A DNA stretch of 64,000 bases from an uncultured bacterium. GTDB taxonomy: Bacteria > Auribacterota > Erginobacteria > Erginobacterales > Erginobacteraceae. This document shows, one piece after another, positions 9,348 through 19,347 of this stretch. The stretch is from the NCBI GenBank assembly GCA_963822585.1, contig CAWGIE010000003.1, positions 1-64,000 of the forward strand, in the 5' to 3' direction. A program made the position numbers and the translations under genes. The stretch's first letter is position 1; each line of letters starts with the position of its first letter. The notes under the pieces were generated by a model, which had not been told where the DNA came from, did no database searches, and saw nothing but the letters and a program-made list of their open reading frames with translations.

Positions 9348-9752
9348 TCAGTTTTTAAAAAATGCTCCCAGCAGGCGCTCCCCCCGCAGGGTAACGGTAC
9401 CCTCCGCGGCCTTTCCGGGGAGTCCCGTGAAGGCGATTATCAGTTCAACACGATTTCCTTCTTTCTTGACCGAACGGATAATTCCTTCATGCGGACCGAT
9501 TTTATCGTCCGAGAAAGTTGCCGTGTCCCCCTCGCGAATGGAGAGAAAAGAACGGTCCGGGATGGTGATTCTGAACAGGCTCTTCTCCGGTTCGGGGGTC
9601 ACCGCGACCCGGCAGGTGATCTTCATCCGCACGCCCCAGGAGAGCGTCCCGAGTGCCGTTAAGAAGATCAGGATCAGGACCAGGGTCACGATCCAGATCA
9701 GGATATGCCTCCGTACCAGATGCCGGAAGAGATGAGAAAAAATTGTATTCAT
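9348..9752 (-). CDS. Small membrane-anchored HlyD/secretion-accessory-like protein
   Basis: ATGA overlap with ABC gene stop; one TM then a beta-rich domain ending EGTVTLRGERLLGAFF, similar to HlyD C-termini. Confidence 0.55.
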   Translation of the reverse strand: MNTIFSHLFRHLVRRHILIWIVTLVLILIFLTALGTLSWGVRMKITCRVAVTPEPEKSLFRITIPDRSFLSIREGDTATFSDDKIGPHEGIIRSVKKEGNRVELIIAFTGLPGKAAEGTVTLRGERLLGAFFKN

Positions 9753-11509
9753 CGCGTCCCCCCATCTCCCGTTCGTGGACACTCCGACCGGCAGAGAAAA
9801 CGATAAAAGCCGTTTTGCCCCATCAAATCCCGGTGAGAACCCATCTCCGCCAATCTCCCCTCTTTCAGGACCAGGATATTGTCCGCTGCCGCCAGGGACC
9901 CGAGGCGATGGGTGGCAAAGATAATCGTGGAAAGGGGCAGGAAGTCCCGCAACCGGGAGAGGATCCGGGCCTCGGAGTCAAAGCCGATCGCCGAGGTGGC
10001 CTCGTCCAGGATGAGGATCCGGGGTCGCCCGATAATCGCCCGCGCGATATTCAACCGCTGGCGCTGGCCTTCGGAGAGACTGCTACCCGCTTCCCCTACG
10101 ATCGAATCCAGGCCGGCATCGAGTTCCCGCCGCGCGTCATCCAGATCGGCTGTCGTCAGCGCCTGCCGCATCTCGCTTTCCGCCGCCTCCGGGCGCCCGA
10201 ACCGGAGGTTTTCGGCGATGCTGCGATTAAGGAGGAAAGCTTCCTGAAGGGCTATTCCCAGTTCCGGCTGGAGGGAGGGCCAATGAATCTCATTGAGCGG
10301 GCAGCCGTCAATCTCGATCACCCCCCTCCGGGGATCAATGAGCCGGAGAAGAAGGAGGAGAAGGGTGGTCTTCCCCGATCCACTGGGCCCGGCAATACCG
10401 ATAAATTGCCCGGGTTTGATTTCGAAGCTGATATCCTCGAGAACGGTTCTATCCGGCAGGTAGCCGAAAGTGACGGATTGGAATCCGACCTTCCCCCTCA
10501 CGGTGTTCAGCAACCGGGTTCCGGCTTTTTCTCCCCGCAGCGGCAGCCGAAGAGTCTCCTGAACACGCTCCCAAGAAACGAGTTTGACCATCACCCCCCG
10601 GTAAAGGCTGCCCAGTCCCTTCAGGGCGACGAAGAGCTGGGTCAGGTAGATGGTCATCGCGACCATTTCTCCCAGCGAAAGGGTTCCCCGGATGACGCGG
10701 GCGCCGAGGTAGTAACTGAAGCCAAGCAGAGTGATCGAGTTCAGGATGCCGGCGGAAAGGTTCCCGGCGATGCCGATCCTGACCCGCTGCAGGGTGGCGC
10801 GGATAATCATCAGGCGGTGATGAAGATAACGGCGGACGGCCCAGCGGTCTCTGCCGAAGGCCATGATCAGCTTGATGTTCGAGAGGGCGTCCTGGATCAT
10901 CGTGGTGGCGTCTTGTGATTCCTGTTTGACGGTGCGGGTGACGGCTTTCTGCCGCCGGCCGAAGAATCGGCTCTGCAGGTAGAAGAAAGGGGAGATGAGG
11001 ACGGCAACCAGAGTCAGGGGCCAGGCCAGATAGAAGCAGATGGCCAGGAGAAAGATCAGGCGGCTGCCGGTAATGATGACCTGGGGGATGGACTCGGAAG
11101 CCAGCCCGGCGGCCGTATCCAGATCGGTGTCCAGGCGATAGATTTGCTCACCGGTGGGCCGGCGGTGGAAGTCGGAAAAAGAGAGGCGGAAGAGATGCCG
11201 GGTATAGTCGCGCCGGAGATCGAAGGTAAGCATCCGGCCGATATAGGCGGTGAGGTAACTCTGGATGGTGGAAAGAAGCGCCTGCAGAACGGTAAGGATC
11301 AGTCCGGCCAAAAGAAGCATCCGGAAGAGGTAGAGGTCACTTTGCAGGAAGGCCCGATCGATGGTGATCCCGAAAAGAGCGGGGCCGAGCAAGCCCAAAA
11401 GAGAGACCAGAAGCACGGTCAGCAGGACCAGCGCCTCCAGCGACCAGTAGGGAACCAGGTAACGGTTAAAGACCCGGAATTGTCGCCATGTTGTTGAATG
11501 TCGATTCAT
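9749..11509 (-). CDS. ABC exporter (TMD + NBD), no C39 peptidase domain
   Basis: Multi-TM domain, Walker A GPSGSGKT, LSEGQRQR signature, ILDEATS; alternative GTG start at 11539. Confidence 0.92.
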   Translation of the reverse strand: MNRHSTTWRQFRVFNRYLVPYWSLEALVLLTVLLVSLLGLLGPALFGITIDRAFLQSDLYLFRMLLLAGLILTVLQALLSTIQSYLTAYIGRMLTFDLRRDYTRHLFRLSFSDFHRRPTGEQIYRLDTDLDTAAGLASESIPQVIITGSRLIFLLAICFYLAWPLTLVAVLISPFFYLQSRFFGRRQKAVTRTVKQESQDATTMIQDALSNIKLIMAFGRDRWAVRRYLHHRLMIIRATLQRVRIGIAGNLSAGILNSITLLGFSYYLGARVIRGTLSLGEMVAMTIYLTQLFVALKGLGSLYRGVMVKLVSWERVQETLRLPLRGEKAGTRLLNTVRGKVGFQSVTFGYLPDRTVLEDISFEIKPGQFIGIAGPSGSGKTTLLLLLLRLIDPRRGVIEIDGCPLNEIHWPSLQPELGIALQEAFLLNRSIAENLRFGRPEAAESEMRQALTTADLDDARRELDAGLDSIVGEAGSSLSEGQRQRLNIARAIIGRPRILILDEATSAIGFDSEARILSRLRDFLPLSTIIFATHRLGSLAAADNILVLKEGRLAEMGSHRDLMGQNGFYRFLCRSECPRTGDGGTR

Positions 11510-11548
11510 CAGGAACGTAGCTTCGCAACTATGATGCACCTGATTAAA

Positions 11549-12838
11549 CTATCTCGATACGCTTGTTACTTGATGGTCCTTATTCAGGGGTAGATTTTTG
11601 AAATAATCCGGGCCCAGGATCTTTTCGGCCTCCCGCAGGATGTCGATCGTGCGTTTCTTGAGACGGCACTCAAAACGGTCGGGTTCAAAGATGGATCCGG
11701 TCGCCTGGTAATTGGTGGCAAAACAGCCGCCCATGCAGTAGCCGGCCCAATCGCACTGCCGGCAGCCGGCACGGACGACCGGCACCATCCCGCAGAGGAG
11801 GAGACGGTTATGGATCTCGGTTATTCCCTCGCCCACCCGCCCCAGGGGGTAAATCCCTTCCAATCGTTCGACGCCCAGCATCTTGGAACAGGGGAAGATC
11901 TTCCCCCGGGCAGCGACCGTGACGGACTGTCTCCCGGCCCGGCAGCCCCAGAGAGATTTCCTGCCGCCGAGCATCTCGAGGTTCTCCTCCAGGGGGGTGA
12001 CACGGAAGTGACGACCGTGATCGAGCTCTTCCTTCAGCCAGCGGGCGACGCCGATCATTTGATCCCGGTAGATATCGAGGTCCCGATCGGACCAGGCGAG
12101 TCCGGTGGCGGGGCCGATCAGGAACTGGTTGATTCCGAGGCCGGCCAGGTGAATGACATTGGCGAGGATGGAGGAGACCGTGTCCGGGTGCACGGTCATG
12201 CGGGCGCCGAGCCAGGGCTGATGTCTCTTTATGCCGTCGAGGTTGCGTATGATCTCCCCGTAAGAGCTTTTACCGTCCGGCCGCCGGCGGTGCCGGTCAT
12301 GGGTATCCCGATCCCCGTCAATGCTGAGGAGGAACTTGACACCGTGTTCAGCCATGAATACAGCCCGCTCTTCGTTGAAGAGGGTTCCGTTGGTGGTCAT
12401 GTCGAAGGAAACCGCCTGTCCGCTTTCCCGACCTTTCTTCTCCGCGTAAAGCGTGATCTTCTCGATCAGACCGAAAGCGAGCATGGGCTCGCCGCCGAAG
12501 AAGAGAATTTTCAGCCGGGGACTCTTCCGGCTCCCGGCGAAGAGGAAGTCCACCGCCCTTTTCGCGACCGGCCAGACCATCCTGTTCTTCGCGTTCTTTC
12601 CCTCGATGAAGCAGTAATCGCAGCGCTGGTTACAGTCCTCGGTCAGCATCAGCTCCAGCTCGGATATGGGGGGAAACCGCTCGTCGTGCATCTTTCGGCA
12701 GACGGTTTCCGCCAGTGCCGCGGCATCGGCAGCCCTGATACCTTCCTGTTCGATAAGGAGCCGGCGGAGAGAATCCCGGTTCGCCCCCGGGGAGGTGAGG
12801 TGGGAATGGATTGTTTTTATCAGATTCGAATCAGACAT
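11549..12838 (-). CDS. Radical SAM protein with SPASM domain
   Basis: CNQRCDYC, FFGGEP, TTNGT, SIDG; C-terminal CRAG...FPC...CRQC.....CMGGC...C. Confidence 0.93.
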   Translation of the reverse strand: MSDSNLIKTIHSHLTSPGANRDSLRRLLIEQEGIRAADAAALAETVCRKMHDERFPPISELELMLTEDCNQRCDYCFIEGKNAKNRMVWPVAKRAVDFLFAGSRKSPRLKILFFGGEPMLAFGLIEKITLYAEKKGRESGQAVSFDMTTNGTLFNEERAVFMAEHGVKFLLSIDGDRDTHDRHRRRPDGKSSYGEIIRNLDGIKRHQPWLGARMTVHPDTVSSILANVIHLAGLGINQFLIGPATGLAWSDRDLDIYRDQMIGVARWLKEELDHGRHFRVTPLEENLEMLGGRKSLWGCRAGRQSVTVAARGKIFPCSKMLGVERLEGIYPLGRVGEGITEIHNRLLLCGMVPVVRAGCRQCDWAGYCMGGCFATNYQATGSIFEPDRFECRLKKRTIDILREAEKILGPDYFKNLPLNKDHQVTSVSR

Positions 12839-13074
12839 TCCTATTAGCCCTCTCCCTTCGACTTATGATGAGCCGCAAAAAGGACGCAAAAAACATATCA
12901 GTCCCCCCTCGCCCCCCTTGTCAGCCGCAAAAACGAAGTCCCGAGGAGCCCGGAACGGGCTCTTTTCGGGAGGCGCAAAAGACGCAAAAGTTTTTCCGCG
13001 CCCCCTTTAAAAAACTTCGAATTGCGCGAATTTAGCAAATTTTCCGCGGTTCAGTCTTTAACTTTAGGCACTTC

Positions 13075-13104
13075 TCCACCGGAGGCGGATCAGCCTCTGG
13101 CTGA
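13075..13104. repeat. 30-nt double-hairpin cassette between two copies of actttaggcacttct (13061, 13116)
   Basis: tccaccggaggcgga+tcagcctctggctga; homologous to cassettes at 54353, 55056, 55153. Confidence 0.8.
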
Positions 13105-13118
13105 AAACGTTAAGTACT

Positions 13119-14147
13119 TTAGGCACTTCTTCGTTGAACGTTCATGCTTTTTCTCATCAGTTCCCGGCATCTGCGGGCGACCCGTTGCAGATCGCCGGGG
13201 CGGATCGGTTTTCCGGTTGCCGCCCGCTCCACGATCAGAGATGTCAGTTTTTCCGGGCTCTCCCCCGGCGGCCCTGGATAAAGCACAAAAGCCGGTATTT
13301 TTCCCAGAAGTGCCACCAGCATCTCGATTGCCGCTGCCGCTTGCGCGGGGTCTAAATAAGGAGGGTTGACGCTGTGGTCAAGGAGCATCTCCAGGGCTGT
13401 CACCGCCGGGATCGGGCGGCACCCGGATTCGGTGCCGGAGAATTCTCCCAGAAAGAACAGGGCGCCCGGTTTCACGGGCTGCTCTCCGATGGAGGAGTAG
13501 ACCCGTTCCGGTGAGACGATGAAACGACGCGCCGGCAATCCGTTCGGAGACATCTCCTGGTGGTCGAAAAAAAACGGCAGCTGGTCGTGAGGAAAGATCG
13601 GTCCCTGACTTTTCTCCCGGAGCAGGAATGAACGGGGGAAAGGAAAGACGGCGCCGGAGACCTGATCAAGAGGGGAGAATTCATCGGACAAGAAAGAAAA
13701 CCCGGTTTCCCGGAGGCTGCAGGCGAGAGTGGTTTTTCCCGATCGGCTCCCTCCCGGAAAGAGAAAGGCCTTTTCATCCCGTTCCAGAGTCGCCCCATGC
13801 ACGAATAGAAATCCGGAGCGGTAAAGATGGTTGCACAGTAGCTGGGCGCCCCAGAAAGAAACCGCCAGGCTGGGATCGGAACAGCGAAATGAATCGAACC
13901 CGGGGTCGATCGCCGTGTATACTGTTTTTGGCCCCGTTTCCTCCAGCAGATACATCATAATTGAACTGTCCGGTACCCCGGGAGTCCGGAAAAGATGGTA
14001 GATGCGGTCGAGAAGGTTCATCATAGAGACAGAGTTCGATCTGATCTCCACCGTGGCGGTGAGGAAGCGGTATCGGGAAGCACTCAGCCGGTCATGCCGG
14101 TAGTCCCGGCCGATCTTTTCCGACAGGTCTTTGACGCAGCTGATCAT
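13119..14147 (-). CDS. HPr-kinase-related P-loop kinase
   Basis: VHGATL...FPGGSRSGKTTLA...FLSDEFSPLD...PFPRS motifs. Confidence 0.8.
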   Translation of the reverse strand: MISCVKDLSEKIGRDYRHDRLSASRYRFLTATVEIRSNSVSMMNLLDRIYHLFRTPGVPDSSIMMYLLEETGPKTVYTAIDPGFDSFRCSDPSLAVSFWGAQLLCNHLYRSGFLFVHGATLERDEKAFLFPGGSRSGKTTLACSLRETGFSFLSDEFSPLDQVSGAVFPFPRSFLLREKSQGPIFPHDQLPFFFDHQEMSPNGLPARRFIVSPERVYSSIGEQPVKPGALFFLGEFSGTESGCRPIPAVTALEMLLDHSVNPPYLDPAQAAAAIEMLVALLGKIPAFVLYPGPPGESPEKLTSLIVERAATGKPIRPGDLQRVARRCRELMRKSMNVQRRSA

Positions 14148-14272
14148 GGCGTTCGACGTTGGATGTTCGACGTTGGACGTTCGTTCCTTTTCTTATTCTC
14201 CCCACCCCCGAGTTTATCATGTCCCTCCGCCGATAGTTGTCTATATTCAAGAAACGGCAAGAATATTTCCAC

Positions 14273-15496
14273 TTATCTTCGCTGCCGGAAACGATAATAA
14301 AGATAATCCGTCAGATTGGCAAGGAGCCGGCGCATCGCCCGGATCGTGTGCAGCACGGATGTTATACAGAACCAGCCGCTTTTGGGGTGATACCGTTTTC
14401 TCAGGTATTCAGAACCCGGGAAGAGAAACCGGATGCTGTCAAGGATGCGGACGGGTCGGAAAATGGTGTTTGGCCTGAGGCCGAAGAGGAAGCGGGTAAT
14501 CGGTCCCGGTCGCCCGGCTTTCCTGAGGAGAAGAAGTTGCTGAGCGTATGCTTTCTTCCGGAGAAAGCCGGACTTCAGCTTTCGGGAAGGGCTCTCCCGC
14601 GTGGGAAGCGGCGAGGGGCGGTAGAGGTATTCAACTGCCTCCAGGCAAACTCTCACCTCATTTTCCAGGTTCCAGCGCCTTGCTTTCAGCAGAAGGGCCC
14701 CCCGGTCGAACTCCGCTCCCGCCTGCATGAGGGTCAGGCGGATATCAAGGAGCCAGAGAACCCATCCTCCCTGGAGGAGAAGGGAGACGAAGTCCTCTTC
14801 ATCAAGGAGGTCGGGGAGGAAGGGACAGTGCTTGAAAAAGTGGAGTGCGAGCCCGAGAAGTCGATGCTCCGGACAGAGTACCGGTATGGTCCGGCCTTCG
14901 TATGAGATTTCCATCTTGCTTTGGAAAAGTTCCGGGTAATCGATCATGTAGAGGGTGAAAGGATGATCGAGCGCCCAATGCAATTCGACCGGGAAACCCG
15001 TCTTCTTATCGATGAAGGGGATATGGAGATGGTATTTCTCAAAATAACGGTCGGGGAGGAGACCCGGCCGCTGCTCGAAGCCGCCGGCCCGGAGGAGCTT
15101 CTTTGCTTCCGGGACGGCCTCACGGGAGACAATGATGTCCAGGTCGTTGCAGGGACGGAGAAACGGCCGCGGATAAACGGTGAGGCCGAGGGCGGTCCCG
15201 CGGAGAACAAGAAGATCGATTCCACGGGATGAGAATGTTCGCGCCAGTGAATCGGCCATCGCCAGGGAGGAGCGTATGCTGAGAACAGTCCGCCGGTAAT
15301 TCTCCTCGAACCCTTTGCGGATCGATGTCGGCAGTTTTACAAAGAGGCCGCGCCTGTCCAGGGCGTCGAAGATGAGACCATCAAGCCGATTCCGGCGCCC
15401 TATCCGGAGTATATATCCCCAGTCAAAATCCACAATGGATTCGGGAACGGTACCGGAGCCGGTTAGAGAGATGATAAGGTTGTCTTCAGGTTTCAT
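14273..15496 (-). CDS. Nucleotidyltransferase family protein (NTP_transf_5-like)
   Basis: LVLRGTALG..YP...LRPCNDLDII, VELHWAL, LALHFFKH, WLLDI motifs. Confidence 0.85.
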   Translation of the reverse strand: MKPEDNLIISLTGSGTVPESIVDFDWGYILRIGRRNRLDGLIFDALDRRGLFVKLPTSIRKGFEENYRRTVLSIRSSLAMADSLARTFSSRGIDLLVLRGTALGLTVYPRPFLRPCNDLDIIVSREAVPEAKKLLRAGGFEQRPGLLPDRYFEKYHLHIPFIDKKTGFPVELHWALDHPFTLYMIDYPELFQSKMEISYEGRTIPVLCPEHRLLGLALHFFKHCPFLPDLLDEEDFVSLLLQGGWVLWLLDIRLTLMQAGAEFDRGALLLKARRWNLENEVRVCLEAVEYLYRPSPLPTRESPSRKLKSGFLRKKAYAQQLLLLRKAGRPGPITRFLFGLRPNTIFRPVRILDSIRFLFPGSEYLRKRYHPKSGWFCITSVLHTIRAMRRLLANLTDYLYYRFRQRR

Positions 15497-15827
15497 TATA
15501 GAACGTAGCCCTCGCTTTGCTCGGGCGACTAAATAAAACTACGAATTACGCGAAACTTGTCCTGAGCATAGCCGAAGGATTACACGAATTTATTTTAAAA
15601 TATCCCTGCACTGTCGATTCAATGCTTGCACATTCTTATTTTTCCGCCCCGCCCCGAAGTATTAATCGGGGAGGAAAAATAAGATTATTGTCCCGATACA
15701 TTATTCAAATATATAGATAATCGGGATCCCGATGGTTATCGGGGAAATTCCGAAACAGCATGTTAGCGCCTTCGGCTTTACTTTATGTTATTTATTTTTC
15801 CGAAGGAAAAATGAATAATAAAAGACG

Positions 15828-17189
15828 ATGACTGCCCGAAATAATAGATATCTGATCACGGTTTTGGCGCTCTACCTTTCCCTCACCGTTCTTTACAGTC
15901 TGTCGGTCCCGCTCTGGGAGGCGCCGGACGAGCCTTCGCATTATCTCTGTGTGCGGCGATTCTCCGAAGGAGATTCTTTCCACCCTCCCCTGTATCCGGG
16001 GCCCTTCCGCGACGACTGGAGCGCGAAGCATCTCTTTTCATTCTACCAGCGGTCCCAGCCGCCACTCTATTACATTTTAACCGCGCCGGTTATGAAGGTC
16101 ATCGCTTCCTCTTTGTTCACATCCGGGGGGGGGATCGAATTTCCCCCCGTCCGGCCGGATTTCAACCGGGAGGGAAATCTTTTCATCCACCGGCAGGCTA
16201 CCGTCCGGGCAATCGCGCCGGCGGAAGTCACCGTGCATATTCTTCGTTTATTTTCGGTTATTCCCGGGTGTGCCGCCGTCTTTTTCATTTACCGGCTGAC
16301 CCGCTTGGTATTCCCGGGGGACCCCCGGATCGCTCTCTTTGCGGGCACATTCGCGGCCACGTTGCCCCAGTTCAACTTCGTCACCGGATCGATCAGCAAC
16401 GACAGCCTGGCCGCGGCCCTGGGGGCCGGGACGCTTCTTTTCCTGATACGTCGCGCCGGGAAAAAATGTCCTCTGCGTCCCCGGGACTGCATCGGACTGG
16501 GGATACTTCTTTTACTTTCGCTTGTAACGAAATTCAATCTGGTCTTTCTTTTTCCGGTTGCCTTCATCTTCATCTGTCTGAAAGCGAAGGATGCCCGGAG
16601 ATGGATGGTGTTACCATGGGCAGCGACTTTGACCGTGCTGCCGGTTGTCCTGGCGGTGACGGCGGCGGCTATCCTCTTCCCGGCGGAGACGGGGTTGAAA
16701 ACGCGGGTGCTTACTCTCCGACTGCTCGGGACGTCGCCGGCGCTGGTGACGTTCCCCCATTTCCGGCATATGATCGGGGCCCTGTACCGGTCTTTCTTCG
16801 CGCTCTTCGGATGGATGTCCATCCCGGTGAACCGATGGCTTTACCTGACATGGGGAGGAATCGTTGCGGTCTCCCTCGCCGGTCTGACGAAGGAGTTCTT
16901 TCCGGGGGGGATGCCAGACGAGAACAGGCGACGGCGGCTCGGCCTTCTGGCGGCGGCGTTCCTCCTCCTCCTGCTCGGGGTCATTAAAAATAATTTTCTG
17001 GTCAGGCAGTCTCAGGGGCGGTTCCTTTTTCCGGCATTGGGCGCGATCTCCGTTCTGATCGGATATGGGTTCTGGGAGATCCTGCCGGAGAAACGCCGCG
17101 CGGCCGCCGCCGTTATTTTCCCGATCGTTCTTACCGGTTTAAACCTGACGGCACTGTTCGCTTATCTGCTTCCGGCTGTTTATCCGTGA
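15828..17189 (+). CDS. GT-C fold membrane glycosyltransferase (DUF2142/GT39-like)
   Basis: PLWEAPDEPSH, QPPLYY, ISNDSLA, QGRFLFP motifs; multi-TM. Confidence 0.75.
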   Translation: MTARNNRYLITVLALYLSLTVLYSLSVPLWEAPDEPSHYLCVRRFSEGDSFHPPLYPGPFRDDWSAKHLFSFYQRSQPPLYYILTAPVMKVIASSLFTSGGGIEFPPVRPDFNREGNLFIHRQATVRAIAPAEVTVHILRLFSVIPGCAAVFFIYRLTRLVFPGDPRIALFAGTFAATLPQFNFVTGSISNDSLAAALGAGTLLFLIRRAGKKCPLRPRDCIGLGILLLLSLVTKFNLVFLFPVAFIFICLKAKDARRWMVLPWAATLTVLPVVLAVTAAAILFPAETGLKTRVLTLRLLGTSPALVTFPHFRHMIGALYRSFFALFGWMSIPVNRWLYLTWGGIVAVSLAGLTKEFFPGGMPDENRRRRLGLLAAAFLLLLLGVIKNNFLVRQSQGRFLFPALGAISVLIGYGFWEILPEKRRAAAAVIFPIVLTGLNLTALFAYLLPAVYP

Positions 17190-17307
17190 TATATTTGCTT
17201 CGTAAAAGAGTGGCTATCTGGAATAAATCGGGTTAGTTTCGCACCGTGACAGTCAGAGAAAATGAGAGGGAGGAGAGGGTGGAGATGATAGCAGGGGGCG
17301 AATTGGT

Positions 17308-17922
17308 ATGATATCTCCGGCGCAGATAACGACGGTACTGCTGCTTTTGGGAGGATTCTCGCCGACACCGGAAAAGGTGATTTCGGCTGTCCCGACGCCG
17401 GTGCCGGTCAGAATGGTGCTGGTGGAAGGAGTCGCCGCCAGCAGCCAGGCAGCTCCGGTAACGGTCCTGCGGGAGATGGGAGAGCGCCTCCTCGGCCGTT
17501 CCTTCACGGTGCTGTACGGCAAGTTTGTCGCTCTCGGGAAGCAGATTACACCCACCCCGCTCGACACCCGGAGAAAGAAGCTGGTCAGCATTGAAAAGCT
17601 CCCGACCGGTCTTTTCAAGGCGGTCCTGGAAGTGGAGAGTCCCCGGCATTCGGGAAATCCGGAGGAGAAGCTCCGGGAAAGAACCCAGCGGGGAACCGGA
17701 GAACTACAGGGGGCGGGGAGCCCCCTCCTGGCCCGGGAACTGGCCCGGGAGGACGCTTTGGAGAAGGCGATCCTGGCCACCGTGGCGGAGCGGTATCCGG
17801 GAGATTCGGCCCCGAGTCAATTGGCCGGCCGCGTCTTTTTCCTGGGAACGCTCCGGGAAGAAATGGATGCGGGGAACTACATCATCCTGGCCCGGATCAA
17901 GGTGTGGCTGACCGAGCCGTAA
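17308..17922 (+). CDS. Hypothetical exported protein
   Basis: Hydrophobic N-terminus, Pro-rich linker, coding-like bias; no family recognised. Confidence 0.6.
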   Translation: MISPAQITTVLLLLGGFSPTPEKVISAVPTPVPVRMVLVEGVAASSQAAPVTVLREMGERLLGRSFTVLYGKFVALGKQITPTPLDTRRKKLVSIEKLPTGLFKAVLEVESPRHSGNPEEKLRERTQRGTGELQGAGSPLLARELAREDALEKAILATVAERYPGDSAPSQLAGRVFFLGTLREEMDAGNYIILARIKVWLTEP

Positions 17923-17987
17923 CCCGTCCGAACAACTGCACCTTCTTTGTTCGATAGGTGCCCTTCAATAGACAGAGGATAGTAATA

Positions 17988-18053
17988 ACGAAGGACACGA
18001 AGAATAAATGAGATGAGCGCATTATTATCCAAATCTTTGTGATCTTCGTGGTT
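17988..18053. repeat. Family B palindrome built of 9-nt CACGAAG.. units (also 24185-24281, 33267-33365, 51795-51885; variants 29060-29261, 50913-51007)
   Basis: ccacgaaggacacgaag... / ...cttcgtgatcttcgtggtt arms. Confidence 0.8.
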
Positions 18054-18096
18054 AAGCCGGTTTTTTAATAAGAAAGAGCTTGGAACAAGGTAGAGC

Positions 18097-19168
18097 TTAT
18101 TTGCCTGCATTCGACCGGATCGGGATCCGGATTTCTTCCTGTCCGGGAGAGTCGGTTTTGACGATTATCTCCCCCGTGTAGCGCCCCGGCGCGACATCAG
18201 GTCCCGGCGAGATCTCCAGATCGAATTCCCGTCCGTGCTGGAGGTTGATCACCTTCACCAGAAACTCGGGAGCGGTGCTTTCAGTCTTCAGAATCGTCAG
18301 ATCCTTCTTGCTGGTATTGGTGATCCGGATCGTTTTCGCGATCTTTTTTTCCTGGTCTTCCTGGTTGAAAAAAAGCATCCGGGGTGAATACTGGACCGGC
18401 CCTTCGATTTTGACGAAAAGCCGGGCGGAGAGAGAGGAAGTATGGGGATGATTGAGGCTGACGGTCAGCGTTCCCTGGTGATTCCCGATCGGGGCATCAG
18501 GGGAGACGGTAACCTCGATCTCGATCGGCAACGCCTTTTTGTCCGGCGCCGCTGTCTCCCTATTCGTCTGCTCGCCGGCGATTATCCGGGCCTGGAAGAT
18601 CTCGGGGGAGGCGGAGATCCCGGTGATATCGATCGGACCGTCGCCCGGGACCAGCTTGATGGTGCGAGTGGCGCCCTGACCCAGGGGGACCGATCCGAAC
18701 TGAAGATTGCGGGGAGAAAAAGTCCCGGCCGACTTGATCGTTGTCTCCAGCCGGAGCTGAACAGTCGGATGGGCCGGATCGTTGGAGGAGACATAGATGG
18801 TCTTCGACTGCTTGCCGGCGTACCGGCGGGTATTGAAGGTCGCCTTAATCTCGCCTGACTGTCCCGGCGGGATCTCCGTGCTGGAGAGAACCGCCGCCGT
18901 GCAACCGCAGGAGGTCCTTACCTTGTTAATTCGGAGAAGGGCATTACCGGTATTGGTGAAAGTGAAAGTGTGAGAAGCCGGTGAGCCTTCCCAGACACTC
19001 GCCGGTGTCGTAATTAGTTTCCTTGAACTCAATGACGGGCGCCGGGGACGGCTTCGCCTCCGGCCCCGGTACGGGGGTCGATTGAGGCAGTGCCATCGGC
19101 AGGAGTGAGAAAAACAGCGTGATGGTGAGTGATAAAATCAGGATCTTTCTTTTTGCCGGCGTCTTCAT
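18097..19168 (-). CDS. Exported DUF1573 (Ig-like/ASH repeat) protein with a +1 frameshift near 18997
   Basis: GGAGG RBS, signal peptide; HTFTFTNTG...VRTSCGCT...IPPGQSG; removing one base joins NYDTGE to VWEGSP. Confidence 0.8.
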
Positions 19169-19347
19169 ACGGTATTGCCTCCATGGCTTGGTGGGTTTAT
19201 TGCGACAGCAGCGTCTTTTCAGGTGACCAATCATTCCGCTGCCGCGGAATTGTTTGTTATAAATCTCATATTTTCGTCTGGCGGCAGTTAACGAAGCACC
19301 GCATTCTGAGTGCGGTAAAATCCGCACCTGCTTTCCCGGATCGGATA

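Noticed and set aside
12831..12896. 21-aa ORF (MFFASFLRLIISRRERANRNV) upstream of the rSAM as RiPP precursor
   Set aside because: It derives largely from an intergenic repeat and has no Cys/Trp core or leader-like features.
14092..14220. 42-aa ORF with GGAGG RBS between the NTase and kinase genes as precursor
   Set aside because: It reads through the family D repeat and overlaps the kinase start out of frame; it is not precursor-like, though it could reflect a mis-set kinase start.
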